NCBI GenBank assembly: GCA_035495715.1
Contig: DATJFI010000055.1
Span: 22,071-86,070 of the forward strand
DNA from: Casimicrobiaceae bacterium
GTDB taxonomy: Bacteria > Pseudomonadota > Gammaproteobacteria > Burkholderiales > Casimicrobiaceae
Length of the DNA: 64,000 nt
Direction: 5' to 3'
A model generated the notes under the pieces. The model was not told the DNA's origin. It did no database searches and saw only the letters and a list, made by a program, of their open reading frames with translations. The position numbers and the translations under genes are program-made. Positions 19,112-29,239 of this stretch are shown here, piece by piece. The stretch's first letter is position 1, and every line of letters begins with the position of its first letter.

Positions 19112-20254
19112 TTACGCCCTCTCCTCGCGTGCAGGGAGAGGGACAGGGGCCTCGACGCCGAGCTTCGCCGCCCACGGTTCGAGCGCCGGCATGATCTCGT
19201 GATGGAGCGCAACGCCGCGCTCACGCTGCTCCCGATAAAGGCGCAACGCGCGCTCGCCGGGAAGGCGCACGCGCTCGCCGCCGGGGCGCGGCGTCGCGTC
19301 GTGACACGCGTCGACGAGCCAGTCCATTTGCCGCGCGAACGCGTCGCGTCCGCCGAATGCGGCAGGATCGAGCACCTGCACGAACACTGTCGCGCCCCAG
19401 CCCTCGGGCGGATCGGCGCGGCCGTGCGCAGCGAGCCCGGCCGTCATCGCCTCGATCAGCAGCGCGAGGGCGAATCCCTTGTGACCGGCGTCGAGGCCGC
19501 CGAGCGGCAGCAGCGTTCCACGCGGCTCCCCGAACAGCACGGCCGGGTCGGATGTCGGGTTACCGACGGCATCCTGCAGCCATGGATGCGGAAGCTTCTG
19601 TCCGCCGCGGTAGAGGCGCATCGTCATCCCGTTCGTCGTGTAGCTCGCCGAGATGTCGAGCAGGATCGGATCGCGCGACGTCGGGATGCCGGCCGCGAGC
19701 GGGTTCGGCGTGAACACCGACGTGACGGCGCCATGCGGCGCGACGCTGTGGGTCGCCGGATCGATGCAGCAGACGAGCGTCATCACGCTGCGCTCCGCGG
19801 CGCGTTTCGCATAGGACGCAAGACAGCCGATGTGATGCGCGCGCCGGATCACGACGGTGCCCGAGCCTTGCGTCGACGCCATCCGTCGTGCCGATTCGAG
19901 CGCGCGCAGCGTGAGCCAGGGTCCCGGCAGGCGGTGACCGTCCCACGTCGCTCCGGCCGGTGACGACCCGAGCGTCGTCGGCTCGCCATCGTTGCGCATG
20001 CTGCCGTCGCCGAGCGCTTGCAGATAGCCGGGCAACAGCGCGAGCCCGTGCGTCGTGTGACCCATGAGGTCGCCGTCGAGCAGCACCGATGCGGTATCGC
20101 GCGCGATGTCGTCGCGTGCGCCGGCGGCTGCCAGCAGCGCGGCAGCGTAAGCGTCGAGCGCGTGCGCGGCGTAGCGCTTGTGCTCGTCCTGATTCGGTTG
20201 TGCCGTCGTTGCATCGATCGAAACGGATTCACGGGCTGGCACGCGACGCTCCAT
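19112..20254 (-). CDS. Ldh_2 family (malate/L-lactate/L-sulfolactate-type) oxidoreductase
   Basis: DLMGHTTHG, HHIG, TPNPLA, GHKGFAL, VRLPGER; start uncertain. Confidence 0.88.
   Translation of the reverse strand: MERRVPARESVSIDATTAQPNQDEHKRYAAHALDAYAAALLAAAGARDDIARDTASVLLDGDLMGHTTHGLALLPGYLQALGDGSMRNDGEPTTLGSSPAGATWDGHRLPGPWLTLRALESARRMASTQGSGTVVIRRAHHIGCLASYAKRAAERSVMTLVCCIDPATHSVAPHGAVTSVFTPNPLAAGIPTSRDPILLDISASYTTNGMTMRLYRGGQKLPHPWLQDAVGNPTSDPAVLFGEPRGTLLPLGGLDAGHKGFALALLIEAMTAGLAAHGRADPPEGWGATVFVQVLDPAAFGGRDAFARQMDWLVDACHDATPRPGGERVRLPGERALRLYREQRERGVALHHEIMPALEPWAAKLGVEAPVPLPAREERA
19117..19150. repeat. REP-like hairpin in the 3' end of the Ldh_2 gene; possible terminator
   Basis: CCCTCTCC-10 nt-GGAGAGGG, same motif type as 16031-16100. 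Confidence 0.5.
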
Positions 20255-20274
20255 CGCAACAGGGATTCGCCGCA

Positions 20275-21159
20275 ATGTATGCTGTCGCGGTCGCGAGCGC
20301 CACCCTTCGCCGAGTCGTGCTGCCGTCGTCGCTGCAGATCAGCATCGTCACGTACCTTCCCGACCTGCCGCTCTTCACGCGCACGCTCGACACGCTCGCG
20401 ATCGCGATCGCGGCCGCGCAGCAAGCGAACGTGCTCCGCACCGTGCACCTGGCGCTGATCGACAACACCGGCGACCGCGGCGTCGCCGAGCGCGTGATCG
20501 AGCTCGGCCGCGCGCGCTTCGCGGAGATGCCGGTGCACGTCATGTATCTGCACGGCCACGCGAACATCGGCTTCGGCGCCGCGCACAACCTGGTGTTGCA
20601 CGGAACCGGCTCCGACTACCACCTCGTGCTGAATACCGACGCCGAGCTCGCGCCCGATGCGCTCGTGAACGCGATCCGCTGGCTCGACGCGCATCCCGAC
20701 GTCGGCGCGCTGGCACCGCTCACTGTCGACAGCGATGGTCGCCGTGCGTACCTTTGCAAACGCTATCCGGCGGTGTTCGACTTGATGCTGCGCGGATTCG
20801 CGCCGCGCTTCCTGCAGCGCCTCTTCGCGCGGAGGCTCGAGCGCTACGAGATGCGCGACATCGTCGACGTCGAGCCGCCGCAGGATGCGATCGGCGTGCC
20901 GCTGATGTCCGGCGCCTGCATGATCGTGCGGCGCGAAGCGATCGATCGCACCGGCGGCTTCGACCCGAGGTTCTTTCTCTATTTCGAGGATTACGACTGG
21001 ACGATGCGCTTGCGCGAGCTGACGCAGACCGCGTACGTGCCGAGCGTTCGCGTCGTGCACCACGGCGGAGGCGCGTCGGGAAAGGGGCTGCAGCACATCC
21101 GCTGGTTCGTCGCGAGCGCGCTGCGCTTTTATTCGAAGCATGGCTGGAAATGGATCTGA
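20275..21159 (+). CDS. Glycosyltransferase family 2 (rhamnosyltransferase-like)
   Basis: ISIVTY, NIGFGAAHN, LNTD, GGFDPRFFLYFED; start may be GTG 20317. Confidence 0.88.
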   Translation: MYAVAVASATLRRVVLPSSLQISIVTYLPDLPLFTRTLDTLAIAIAAAQQANVLRTVHLALIDNTGDRGVAERVIELGRARFAEMPVHVMYLHGHANIGFGAAHNLVLHGTGSDYHLVLNTDAELAPDALVNAIRWLDAHPDVGALAPLTVDSDGRRAYLCKRYPAVFDLMLRGFAPRFLQRLFARRLERYEMRDIVDVEPPQDAIGVPLMSGACMIVRREAIDRTGGFDPRFFLYFEDYDWTMRLRELTQTAYVPSVRVVHHGGGASGKGLQHIRWFVASALRFYSKHGWKWI

Positions 21160-22115
21160 GCGGCTCCGTCGTCGTCACCGGCGCGGATGGATTCATCGGC
21201 GCGGCGTACTGCCGCCGGCTCGCCGAGCGCGGGCAGCCGGTGCGCCGGCTCGTGCATGCGCGAAGCGCCGCCGATTCGCGGGTTGATGTCGTGGCGCTCG
21301 ATCTCGCGCGCGCGCATGCCGACGCATTGACGCGCGCGCTCGACGGCGCGTTCGCCGTCGTGCATCTCGCAGGTCGCGCGCACGTGATGAACGAAACGGC
21401 GCCGGACGCCGACGCGGCGTACAAAATCGCGAACGTCGACATGATCGAGCGCGTCGCACTCGCTGCCGTCGCGGCAGGCGTGCGGCGCTTCGTCTTCGCG
21501 AGCACCGTCAAGGTCAACGGTGAAGCGACGTTGCCCGGAAAACCGTTTCGGCCGGGCGACGCGCCGTCGCCGCGCGATGCGTACGCCCGCAGCAAGCTCG
21601 CCGCCGAGCGCATGCTGGCGCAGGTGGCGAGCGGTACGTCGATGATCGCGACGAACCTGCGGCTGCCGCTTGTCTACGGGCCAGGCGCACGCGGCAATTT
21701 CAGGCGTCTCGTCGACGCGATCGCCGCGCGCCGCTTGTTGCCGCTCGGCGCGATCGACAACCGGCGTTCTCTCGTGGCGCTCGACCACGTGCTCGACGCG
21801 TTCGACGCGGTGATCGATGCGCCGGCCGCCGCGATCGGCACACATTTCGTCGCCGATGCGCAGAGCGTCTCGACGCCTGCGCTTGTCCGCGCGATCGCGT
21901 CGGCGCTCGGCGTCGCGCCGCGGCTCGTTTCGATGCCGGTGTCGGCGTTGCGGATCGCCGGTGTGCTCTGCGGGCGTCGCGAGGCCGTCGCGCGGTTGAT
22001 CGACTCGCTCGAGGTCGATCCGACGTCGCTTTCGCGTGTCACCGCGTGGAGAGCGCAACCGTTCGCGGTCGACGCCGCGACGGTCGCGACCGCCGCGCAC
22101 GCGCGCGACTTATAA
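21150..22115 (+). CDS. NAD-dependent epimerase/dehydratase
   Basis: [31 protein letters not shown]. Confidence 0.9.
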   Translation: MDLSGSVVVTGADGFIGAAYCRRLAERGQPVRRLVHARSAADSRVDVVALDLARAHADALTRALDGAFAVVHLAGRAHVMNETAPDADAAYKIANVDMIERVALAAVAAGVRRFVFASTVKVNGEATLPGKPFRPGDAPSPRDAYARSKLAAERMLAQVASGTSMIATNLRLPLVYGPGARGNFRRLVDAIAARRLLPLGAIDNRRSLVALDHVLDAFDAVIDAPAAAIGTHFVADAQSVSTPALVRAIASALGVAPRLVSMPVSALRIAGVLCGRREAVARLIDSLEVDPTSLSRVTAWRAQPFAVDAATVATAAHARDL

Positions 22116-22116
22116 T
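22111..22116 (+). promoter_or_regulatory. -10 box upstream of rph
   Basis: Perfect TATAAT overlapping the epimerase stop codon. Confidence 0.5.
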
Positions 22117-22125
22117 GGGCGGCCA

Positions 22126-22881
22126 TTGCAGGAAGGACGCGCGAACATCGATCCCCCTTCGAAGACGCGCGCAGGCGGCCGCGCAGCGGACGATCTGCGC
22201 CCGGTCCGCATCACCCGCCATTACACGAGGCACGCCGAAGGCTCGGTGCTGATCGAGGCCGGGCAGACGCGCGTGCTCTGTACGGCGAGCGTCGAGGAGG
22301 GCGTGCCGCTGTTTTTGAAAGGCAAGGGTCAGGGCTGGGTCACCGCCGAGTACGGCATGCTGCCGCGCGCGACGAACACGCGGACGCGCCGCGAGGCGGC
22401 CGAAGGGCGGCAATCGGGACGCACGCAGGAAATCCAGCGGCTGATCGGGCGGTCGCTGCGCGCGGTCGTCGACCTCGCAGCACTCGGCGAGCGCACGATT
22501 CGTGTCGACTGCGACGTGCTGCAGGCGGACGGCGGCACGCGTTGCGCGTCGATCACCGGCGGTTACGTCGCGCTGGCCGACGCCGTCGCGTGGTGTCGCG
22601 CGCGCCGCGTGCTCGTCGCCGAGCCGTTGCGTGACTGCGTCGCCGCGGTATCGGTCGGCGTCGTCGACGCCGTGGCGATGCTCGATCTCGATTACGCCGA
22701 GGATTCCGGCTGCGATACCGATATGAACGTCGTGATGACGGGGGCCGGCGGCTTCGTCGAAGTGCAGGGCACCGCCGAGCGGACGCCGTTTTCCCGCGAG
22801 CAGTTCGACGCGCTGCTGACGCTCGCACAGCGCGGCGTCGCGCAATTGCACGAGGCGCAGCGCGCGGCACTCGCGACATGA
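22126..22881 (+). CDS. rph: Ribonuclease PH
   Basis: [40 protein letters not shown]; start ambiguous (TTG 22126 or ATC 22147). Confidence 0.95.
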   Translation: MQEGRANIDPPSKTRAGGRAADDLRPVRITRHYTRHAEGSVLIEAGQTRVLCTASVEEGVPLFLKGKGQGWVTAEYGMLPRATNTRTRREAAEGRQSGRTQEIQRLIGRSLRAVVDLAALGERTIRVDCDVLQADGGTRCASITGGYVALADAVAWCRARRVLVAEPLRDCVAAVSVGVVDAVAMLDLDYAEDSGCDTDMNVVMTGAGGFVEVQGTAERTPFSREQFDALLTLAQRGVAQLHEAQRAALAT

Positions 22882-23477
22882 TCGAAAGGATCGTGCTGGC
22901 GTCGGGCAACGCCGGCAAGCTTCGCGAGCTTCGGCGACTCCTCGAGCCTCTCGGCATCGACGTGATCGCGCAAGCGGAACTCGGCATCGCGGCCGCCGAC
23001 GAACCGCATGCGACCTTCGTCGAAAATGCAATCGCCAAGGCGCGCCATGCAAGCGCGCAGAGCCGCCTTCCCGCACTCGCCGACGATTCGGGCATCTGCG
23101 TCGACGCGCTCGGCGGCGCGCCGGGCGTGCACAGCGCGCGCTTCGCAGGCGACCCCGCATCCGACGCGCGCAACAACCGTGCGCTCGTCGACGCGCTGCA
23201 AGGCATCGCCGACCGGCGCGCGCACTACTACTGCGTCCTCGTTCTCATGCGCCGTGCCGACGATCCCGAGCCGATCATCGCCGAGGGTGTCTGGCGCGGC
23301 CGCATCGTCGATGCGCCGCGCGGCAGCGGCGGCTTCGGGTACGACCCGCATTTCCAGGACGACGAGACCGGTCTGAGCGGCGCCGAGTTGCCGCTCGCCC
23401 GGAAGAACGAGCTGTCGCATCGCGGCAAGGCGATGCGGCATCTGCTCGCCCGCCTTGGGTCGCTCGCATGCGCATGA
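22878..23477 (+). CDS. rdgB: Non-canonical purine NTP pyrophosphatase
   Basis: [21 protein letters not shown]; rph-rdgB-hemW order. Confidence 0.95.
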   Translation: MIERIVLASGNAGKLRELRRLLEPLGIDVIAQAELGIAAADEPHATFVENAIAKARHASAQSRLPALADDSGICVDALGGAPGVHSARFAGDPASDARNNRALVDALQGIADRRAHYYCVLVLMRRADDPEPIIAEGVWRGRIVDAPRGSGGFGYDPHFQDDETGLSGAELPLARKNELSHRGKAMRHLLARLGSLACA

Positions 23478-24700
23478 TGGCGGAATCGGCCGCGGCGGCG
23501 ATCGACGCGAACGCGATCGCCGGTCCGCGATTCGCGGCGCTGCCTCCGCTCGCGCTTTACGTCCACATTCCGTGGTGTCTTCGCAAATGCCCGTACTGCG
23601 ACTTCAACTCGCACGCGTGGCGCCCTGCGGGCGGGACCGGAGCCGGGGTGCCGTCCGAAGACGCCGAAAACGGTTACGTCTCGGCGCTGATCGCCGACGT
23701 TGAAACGGCACTGCCGTCGGTATGGGGACGCAAGGTCGGCTCCGTCTTCATCGGTGGCGGGACGCCCAGTCTGTTTTCGGCCGCCACGATCGAGCGCCTG
23801 CTGTCGGCGCTCCGCGCGCGCCTTCCGCTTCTGCCGGACGCCGAGATCACGCTCGAAGCGAATCCCGGCACGTTCGAGCGCGAGAAATTCGCCGGTTTCT
23901 TCGCGGCCGGCGTCAACCGCCTGTCGGTCGGCGTGCAGAGTTTCGACGACCGCTTCCTGCGCGCGCTCGGCCGCGTGCACGATGCCGACGAGGCGCGCCG
24001 CGCCATCGAATCGGCGCTGATGATCTTCGGCAACGTCAACCTCGACCTGATGTTCGCGTTGCCGGGGCAGCGCGTCGACGACGCGTGCCGCGATACGGCC
24101 GAGGCGCTGTCGTTCGGCGTGCTGCACCTGTCGTTCTATCACCTGACGATCGAGCCCAACACGCTCTTTCACCGCGATCCTCCTCCGTTGCCCGACGACG
24201 AAACGGCGGCGGACATCGAGGATGCGGTCGTCGCGATGCTCGCGCGCGCCGGCTACGAGCACTACGAGACGTCGGCGCATGCGAAGCCCGGCTTCGCGTG
24301 CCGGCACAACGTCAATTACTGGCGCTTCGGCGATTATCTCGGCATCGGCGCGGGCGCGCATTCGAAGCTGTCGTTTCCGGACCGCGTCGTGCGGCAGATT
24401 CGCTACAGGCAGCCGAAGCACTATCTCGAACGCGTCGCGCACGGGACGCCGATCCACGAAGAGACATGCGTCCGGCGCGCCGATTTGCCGTTCGAGTTCA
24501 TGCTCAATGCGCTGCGGCTCACCGACGGCGTGCCCGCGCCGCTCTTCGCCGAGCGAACCGGATTGCCGCTCGCCGTCGTCGCGAATACGATCGCGGAAGC
24601 GACGCGGCGCCGCCTGCTCGACGCCGATCCGCAAAGGCTTCGCGCAACGCCCCTCGGTCGCCGCTTCCTGAACGACCTCCAGTCGATGTTCCTGCCGTGA
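23468..24700 (+). CDS. hemW: Radical SAM heme chaperone HemW
   Basis: YVHIPWCLRKCPYCDFN, GGGTPS, EANP, HNVNYW. Confidence 0.92.
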   Translation: MRMMAESAAAAIDANAIAGPRFAALPPLALYVHIPWCLRKCPYCDFNSHAWRPAGGTGAGVPSEDAENGYVSALIADVETALPSVWGRKVGSVFIGGGTPSLFSAATIERLLSALRARLPLLPDAEITLEANPGTFEREKFAGFFAAGVNRLSVGVQSFDDRFLRALGRVHDADEARRAIESALMIFGNVNLDLMFALPGQRVDDACRDTAEALSFGVLHLSFYHLTIEPNTLFHRDPPPLPDDETAADIEDAVVAMLARAGYEHYETSAHAKPGFACRHNVNYWRFGDYLGIGAGAHSKLSFPDRVVRQIRYRQPKHYLERVAHGTPIHEETCVRRADLPFEFMLNALRLTDGVPAPLFAERTGLPLAVVANTIAEATRRRLLDADPQRLRATPLGRRFLNDLQSMFLP

Positions 24701-24864
24701 AGCGTGCGAAGCGACACGCGCTGAAGCCACGCAATCCGGTCGCGCGCTCGCCGCTTCTGCACAAGGGCGGCGTGCACGGCAAGTCGAAGGGTGCGCTGCG
24801 GCGCGAGGCGAACGTCGAGTTGCGCAAGCTCGCACGGGATCCGAAGAACTTCGATGACGCTTGA
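24697..24864 (+). CDS. Small basic hypothetical protein (55 aa)
   Basis: GTGA overlap with the hemW stop and ends 6 nt before the next gene; KPRNPVARSPLLHKGGVHGKSK. Confidence 0.65.
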   Translation: MKRAKRHALKPRNPVARSPLLHKGGVHGKSKGALRREANVELRKLARDPKNFDDA

Positions 24865-24870
24865 CGGAAG

Positions 24871-25566
24871 ATGACCCTGTCTCGCCGCGACCTCGAGGAA
24901 GGCCGGATGCGCGAGGTGTACGTCGAGGCGCTCGCCGAAGGTCACGCGCTCACCGACGAGGAGCTGTTGGCGTCGCTCCGCTCTACATTGCAGCACAAGC
25001 CGAAAGGCGCGGGCTGGTGGGTGTTCGCGTACGGGTCGCTGTTGTGGAATCCGCTGTTTCCGTTCGCCGAGGCGCGGCGCGCGTCCGTGCACGGATTGCA
25101 TCGCCGCTTCTGCCTGTGGTCGCTCGCGTCCCGCGGCACCCCGCATGCGCCGGGTCTCGTGCTCGGCCTCGATCGTGGCGGCTCGTGTCGCGGCGTCGTC
25201 TACCGGCTGCCGTCGCCGAGCGCCATCGCCGAGCTGCACCTCCTGTGGCGGCGCGAGATGGTGACCGGGGCTTACGCTCCGCGGTGGCTGCACGTCGAAA
25301 GCGAGGGACGCCACGTCGTTGCGCTCGGCTTCGTCGTCAAGCGAGCGCACGCGCAATACGCGGGGCACCTGACGATCGACGCGCAGGCCGACGTGATCGC
25401 ACATGCGTGCGGGGCGTTCGGCTCGTCGGCGGATTATCTCGAGCGCACGCGCGTGTCGCTCGCGACGCACGGCGTCGTAGACCTGTACCTCGAGCGGCTT
25501 GCCTCGCGCATTGCGGCGAGAGGCTGCGTGCCGGCGACTGCTCTCGAAACGGTCGCGCCGGTCTGA
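24871..25566 (+). CDS. chaC: ChaC-like gamma-glutamylcyclotransferase
   Basis: WVFAYGSLLW, RGTPHAPGLVLGL, WRREM, GSSADYL. Confidence 0.88.
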   Translation: MTLSRRDLEEGRMREVYVEALAEGHALTDEELLASLRSTLQHKPKGAGWWVFAYGSLLWNPLFPFAEARRASVHGLHRRFCLWSLASRGTPHAPGLVLGLDRGGSCRGVVYRLPSPSAIAELHLLWRREMVTGAYAPRWLHVESEGRHVVALGFVVKRAHAQYAGHLTIDAQADVIAHACGAFGSSADYLERTRVSLATHGVVDLYLERLASRIAARGCVPATALETVAPV

Positions 25567-25571
25567 CGCGC

Positions 25572-26309
25572 TCAAAGCGCGATATGCCGGCCGCCGTCCA
25601 CGCTGATCGTCTCGCCGGTCACGTACGGCGCGTCGCACAGCAGGTACTGCACCGCCTTCGCGATGTCGTCGGGCGTGCCTTCGCGCTTGAGCGGCGTATG
25701 CGAGATGATCCGCTGCCGCGCGAGCTCGTCGAACACCTCTTCGTCGGGCCAGAGAATCGGGCCCGGCGCAACCGCGTTGACGCGCACGTCCGGCGCAAGC
25801 TCGCGCGCGAGCGAGCGCGTGAGGCCGACGAGCCCCGCCTTCGCAACCGAATAGACGACGTAGCTCTTGAGCGGCCGCTCGGCGTGGATGTCCGTGATGT
25901 TGACGATCGCGCCCTGCGACTTCTTGAGCGCCGTCGCCGCCGCCTGCGACAGGAACAGCGGCGCCTGCAGATTCGCGCCGATCAGGTCGTTCCAGTCCTC
26001 GAGGCCGATCTCGCCGATCGCCGTCTGATAGAACGTCGACGCGTTGTTGACGAGCGCATCGAGCCGGCCGAACGTCTGCACCGTCTGCTCGACCAGCGAC
26101 GGCAGCTTGGCGACGTCGAGAAGATCGGCCTGGATCAGCGCGACGGAGTTCGCACGTACGTGATTGAGCTCGGCCTGCAGCAGCCGCGCCTCGCCGGCCG
26201 ATGCGCGAAAATGCAGCATGATCGAGGCACCTGCCCGGTGCAGGCGCCTGCAGATCGTCGCTCCGACCCGCTTGGCGCCGCCGGTGATCAATACGACCTT
26301 GCCTTCCAC
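25572..26309 (-). CDS. Pteridine reductase (FolM/PTR1-like SDR)
   Basis: ITGGAKRVG, NNAS, TDIH, YSVAK, VAPG; divergent from a MidA-type methyltransferase. Confidence 0.9.
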   Translation of the reverse strand: MEGKVVLITGGAKRVGATICRRLHRAGASIMLHFRASAGEARLLQAELNHVRANSVALIQADLLDVAKLPSLVEQTVQTFGRLDALVNNASTFYQTAIGEIGLEDWNDLIGANLQAPLFLSQAAATALKKSQGAIVNITDIHAERPLKSYVVYSVAKAGLVGLTRSLARELAPDVRVNAVAPGPILWPDEEVFDELARQRIISHTPLKREGTPDDIAKAVQYLLCDAPYVTGETISVDGGRHIAL

Positions 26310-26389
26310 GCCAAGCCTTATCCCGTGAAACCGGGGCAATCTAGCACAGACGGCACGCAGGCGCGAACCGGCGCCGTGCCGGCGCGCCG

Positions 26390-27595
26390 ATGAAGAGTGG
26401 AACGCTTCCGGCGCCCGCCGCCGACGCCCGTGCGCACAGCGCGCGCGTCGTCGCGCACATTCGCGACGAGATCGAACGCACGGGCGGCTGCATTCCGTTC
26501 ACGCGCTACATGGAGCTCGCGCTGTACGCGCCGGGTCTCGGTTACTACGTCGCCGGTTCGCGCAAGTTCGGCGATGCCGGCGACTTCGTGACCGGCCCGG
26601 AGCTTTCGCCGCTTTACGGTGCGGCACTCGCGCACCAGTTGACGTTGATTCTCGACGCGAGCGCCGATCGCGACATCGTCGAGTTCGGCGCCGGAAGCGG
26701 CGCGCTGGCGGCGTCGGTGCTCGTGGCGCTCGCGGCGCTCGACGCGCACGCTTCCCGCTACCGGATCCTGGAGGTGAGCCCGTCGCTTCGCGAGACGCAG
26801 CGGGCGACGATCGCGGCGCGCGTGCCGGCGATGCTTCCGCGCGTCGAGTGGCTCGACCGGATGCCGTCGCGCATCGATGGCGCGGTCGTGATGAACGAGG
26901 TGCTCGATGCGATTGCGCCGCGGCTCGTCGAGCGGCGGGAGGGCGCGTGGCTCGAGCGCGGCGTCACCTGGCACGACGGCGCATTTGCATGGCAGGTGCA
27001 ACCACTCGCCGATTCGCGCGTCGAGGCGCTCGCGCGCGATCGCTTTCCGCCGCGCGGCGACTATGCGAGCGAAGTGAACCCGGCGGCCGAGGCGCTGGTG
27101 ACGACGGTCGGGCGTCGGCTCGCATCGGGCGCGCTGCTCGTCGTCGATTACGGGTTTCCGCGCGCCGAGTATTACCACCCGCAGCGAAATGGCGGGACGC
27201 TGGTCGGCCATTACCGCCACCGCGTGCATGCCGATCCGTTCCTGTGGCCGGGCCTTTCCGATCTCACGAGCCACGTCGACTTCACGGCGGTCGCGCAGGC
27301 GGGCGAGCGCGGCGGACTGCGCGTCGCCGGTTTCGCGACGCAGGCGTCCTTCCTGCTGGGCTGCGGGATCCTCGACCTGCTGCGCGATATCGGAGCGCCG
27401 GAAAGCATCGCGTACCTGCGCGCGGCCGGCGCCGTTCAGAAGCTCCTGTCGCCGGCCGAAATGGGCGAGCTCTTCAAGGTGCTGCTGCTCGCGCGAAGCG
27501 ACGTGCGCGCGCTAGCGCTGCGCGACCAGTCGCATCGGCTTTCGATTCAACGCGCGGCCGACTTCGCGCCTGGCTCGACCTTGCCGTCGCCGTAG
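26390..27595 (+). CDS. SAM-dependent methyltransferase (MidA/NDUFAF7 family)
   Basis: YMELALYAPGLGYY, GDFVT, EFGAGSG, NEVLDA, DYG, DLTSHVDF, MGELFK. Confidence 0.9.
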   Translation: MKSGTLPAPAADARAHSARVVAHIRDEIERTGGCIPFTRYMELALYAPGLGYYVAGSRKFGDAGDFVTGPELSPLYGAALAHQLTLILDASADRDIVEFGAGSGALAASVLVALAALDAHASRYRILEVSPSLRETQRATIAARVPAMLPRVEWLDRMPSRIDGAVVMNEVLDAIAPRLVERREGAWLERGVTWHDGAFAWQVQPLADSRVEALARDRFPPRGDYASEVNPAAEALVTTVGRRLASGALLVVDYGFPRAEYYHPQRNGGTLVGHYRHRVHADPFLWPGLSDLTSHVDFTAVAQAGERGGLRVAGFATQASFLLGCGILDLLRDIGAPESIAYLRAAGAVQKLLSPAEMGELFKVLLLARSDVRALALRDQSHRLSIQRAADFAPGSTLPSP

Positions 27596-27894
27596 GCGCG
27601 GGTCAGGTACTGTGCGATCGGCTCGATCTGCTCGTCGGGAATCGACGCTCCGTAAACCTTCTTCATCTTCTCGACCTCGGCCTTCCAGAACGCGTGCGGC
27701 TTTCCGGGCGGCTGTATCACGATGTAGTCGTACGAATGGCAGACGGAGCACGTCCGTTGCACGAGGTCGACGCCCGGCGCGTCCTTGAGCCGGGTCGTCT
27801 CCTTCGGCAGGTCGATCGTCAGCGCGAACGCGGAGGCGGCGACGAGCGTTGCGAACGCCGACACGGCCCGCGCAACGTTTCGATTCGGTCTCAT
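27547..27894 (-). CDS. sorB: Cytochrome c subunit of sulfite dehydrogenase
   Basis: Signal peptide, CSVCHSYDYI..QP, W.AEV.KM..VYGA; follows sorA. Confidence 0.85.
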   Translation of the reverse strand: MRPNRNVARAVSAFATLVAASAFALTIDLPKETTRLKDAPGVDLVQRTCSVCHSYDYIVIQPPGKPHAFWKAEVEKMKKVYGASIPDEQIEPIAQYLTRAYGDGKVEPGAKSAAR

Positions 27895-27904
27895 GGTCAC
27901 CTCC

Positions 27905-29137
27905 TCACGCTGCGCGAATGCGCGTCGTTTCAACGACGTTGCGCATGTAGCCGGCCGGATTCCACAATGGCTCGGACGGTTGCGAGTTGCCGATCGCGTT
28001 GATCGCGCGCACCTTGATGTCGTGCGTGCCCGCCGGCACGCTCGCCGTCGTCTTCCATTCGCGGAACGAGAACCGGCCGAGGTCGGCTCCGAGCGTCGCC
28101 TCGCGCCATGTCGAGCCGCCGTCCGTCGACACGTCGACGTGACGGATCCCGAAGCCGCCGTCGAACGCGATGCCGCGCACGGTGAACGGCGCGTTCGCCG
28201 TCACCGTGGCGCCGTCGCGCGGGTTCGTCGTGAACGAGCGTACGTCGAACCGGTTGATCGGAACCGTCTTCGTGGGCGAGGCGCCGGGCGGCACGCAGGC
28301 ACATGCGTTGTCGGGAATCCGATAGGCCGTCGCCATCCAGAAGTCGGAGAGCGTGCCCTCGATCGCCGTGATCTCCGTCAGGTGCTTCATCCAGTACGTG
28401 CCGTACCAGCCGGGCACGACGAGGCGCACCGGGTAGCCGTTCAGCATCGGCAGGTCGGCGCCGTTCATCGCGTAGGCGATCATCACTTCGCCGTCCATCG
28501 CGTGATCGACGTCGAGCGCCTTGACGAAGTCGGGTGTCGTCGGCAACACCGGCGTGTCGAGACCGTTGAACGTGACCTGTCGCGCGCTCGCCTCGATGCC
28601 GGCACGCGCCAGCACGGCCTTGAGCGGAACGCCTCGCCACTTCGCGTTGCCCATCGCTCCGTTCGCAAGCTGGCCGCCGGCGACGCGCGGCTCGAAGAAG
28701 CCGCGGCTGTTGCCGGAGCACTGATTCACCGCGTAGTACTCGATCGCATCCATCCGCTTGAGGTCGTCGACAGACAGCGACAGCGGGGTCGCCACCTTGC
28801 CCTTGACCGTGATCCGGTAGCTGTCGACGTCGATCGTCGTCGGCACGCCGGCGAGGTGATAGCGGACGAAGAACGCGTCGTTCGGTGTGACGACTCCGTC
28901 GTCGAACACGTCGAACGGCGTCTCGAGCTGCGGCGGCCGGCTCGTGACGACGATTAGCGGCCGTTTTTGCGGATAGGCGACGACGGGCCGCATTCCGTTG
29001 GCGATCGGCAGCGTGACGTCGTCGGCGGCAAGCGCGCGCAACGGCACGCCGAGCAGAGTGCCCGCACCGATCGCGCCCGCATGCTGGAGGAAGCGGCGCC
29101 GCGACCGCGCGCCTCTCGATGCATTCGAACGATTCAT
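27905..29137 (-). CDS. sorA: Molybdopterin sulfite dehydrogenase subunit (sulfite oxidase family), Tat signal
   Basis: SRRRFL, RPPQLETP, FFVRYH, QCSGNSR, NGYPVRL, WNPAGY. Confidence 0.9.
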   Translation of the reverse strand: MNRSNASRGARSRRRFLQHAGAIGAGTLLGVPLRALAADDVTLPIANGMRPVVAYPQKRPLIVVTSRPPQLETPFDVFDDGVVTPNDAFFVRYHLAGVPTTIDVDSYRITVKGKVATPLSLSVDDLKRMDAIEYYAVNQCSGNSRGFFEPRVAGGQLANGAMGNAKWRGVPLKAVLARAGIEASARQVTFNGLDTPVLPTTPDFVKALDVDHAMDGEVMIAYAMNGADLPMLNGYPVRLVVPGWYGTYWMKHLTEITAIEGTLSDFWMATAYRIPDNACACVPPGASPTKTVPINRFDVRSFTTNPRDGATVTANAPFTVRGIAFDGGFGIRHVDVSTDGGSTWREATLGADLGRFSFREWKTTASVPAGTHDIKVRAINAIGNSQPSEPLWNPAGYMRNVVETTRIRAA

Positions 29138-29239
29138 GGTTCCCCCTGATGGCGGCAACCCGGCGCAATCGTCGCCGGCGCCGCTCGAGCGCCAGTCTAC
29201 CTCCGGCGCGGCTTGGCCGCATGCTGCGCTGCCGCTACC

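Noticed and set aside
19105-19116. Perfect palindrome CGTAACGTTACG
   Set aside because: Explained by two convergent TAA stops; too short to call a site
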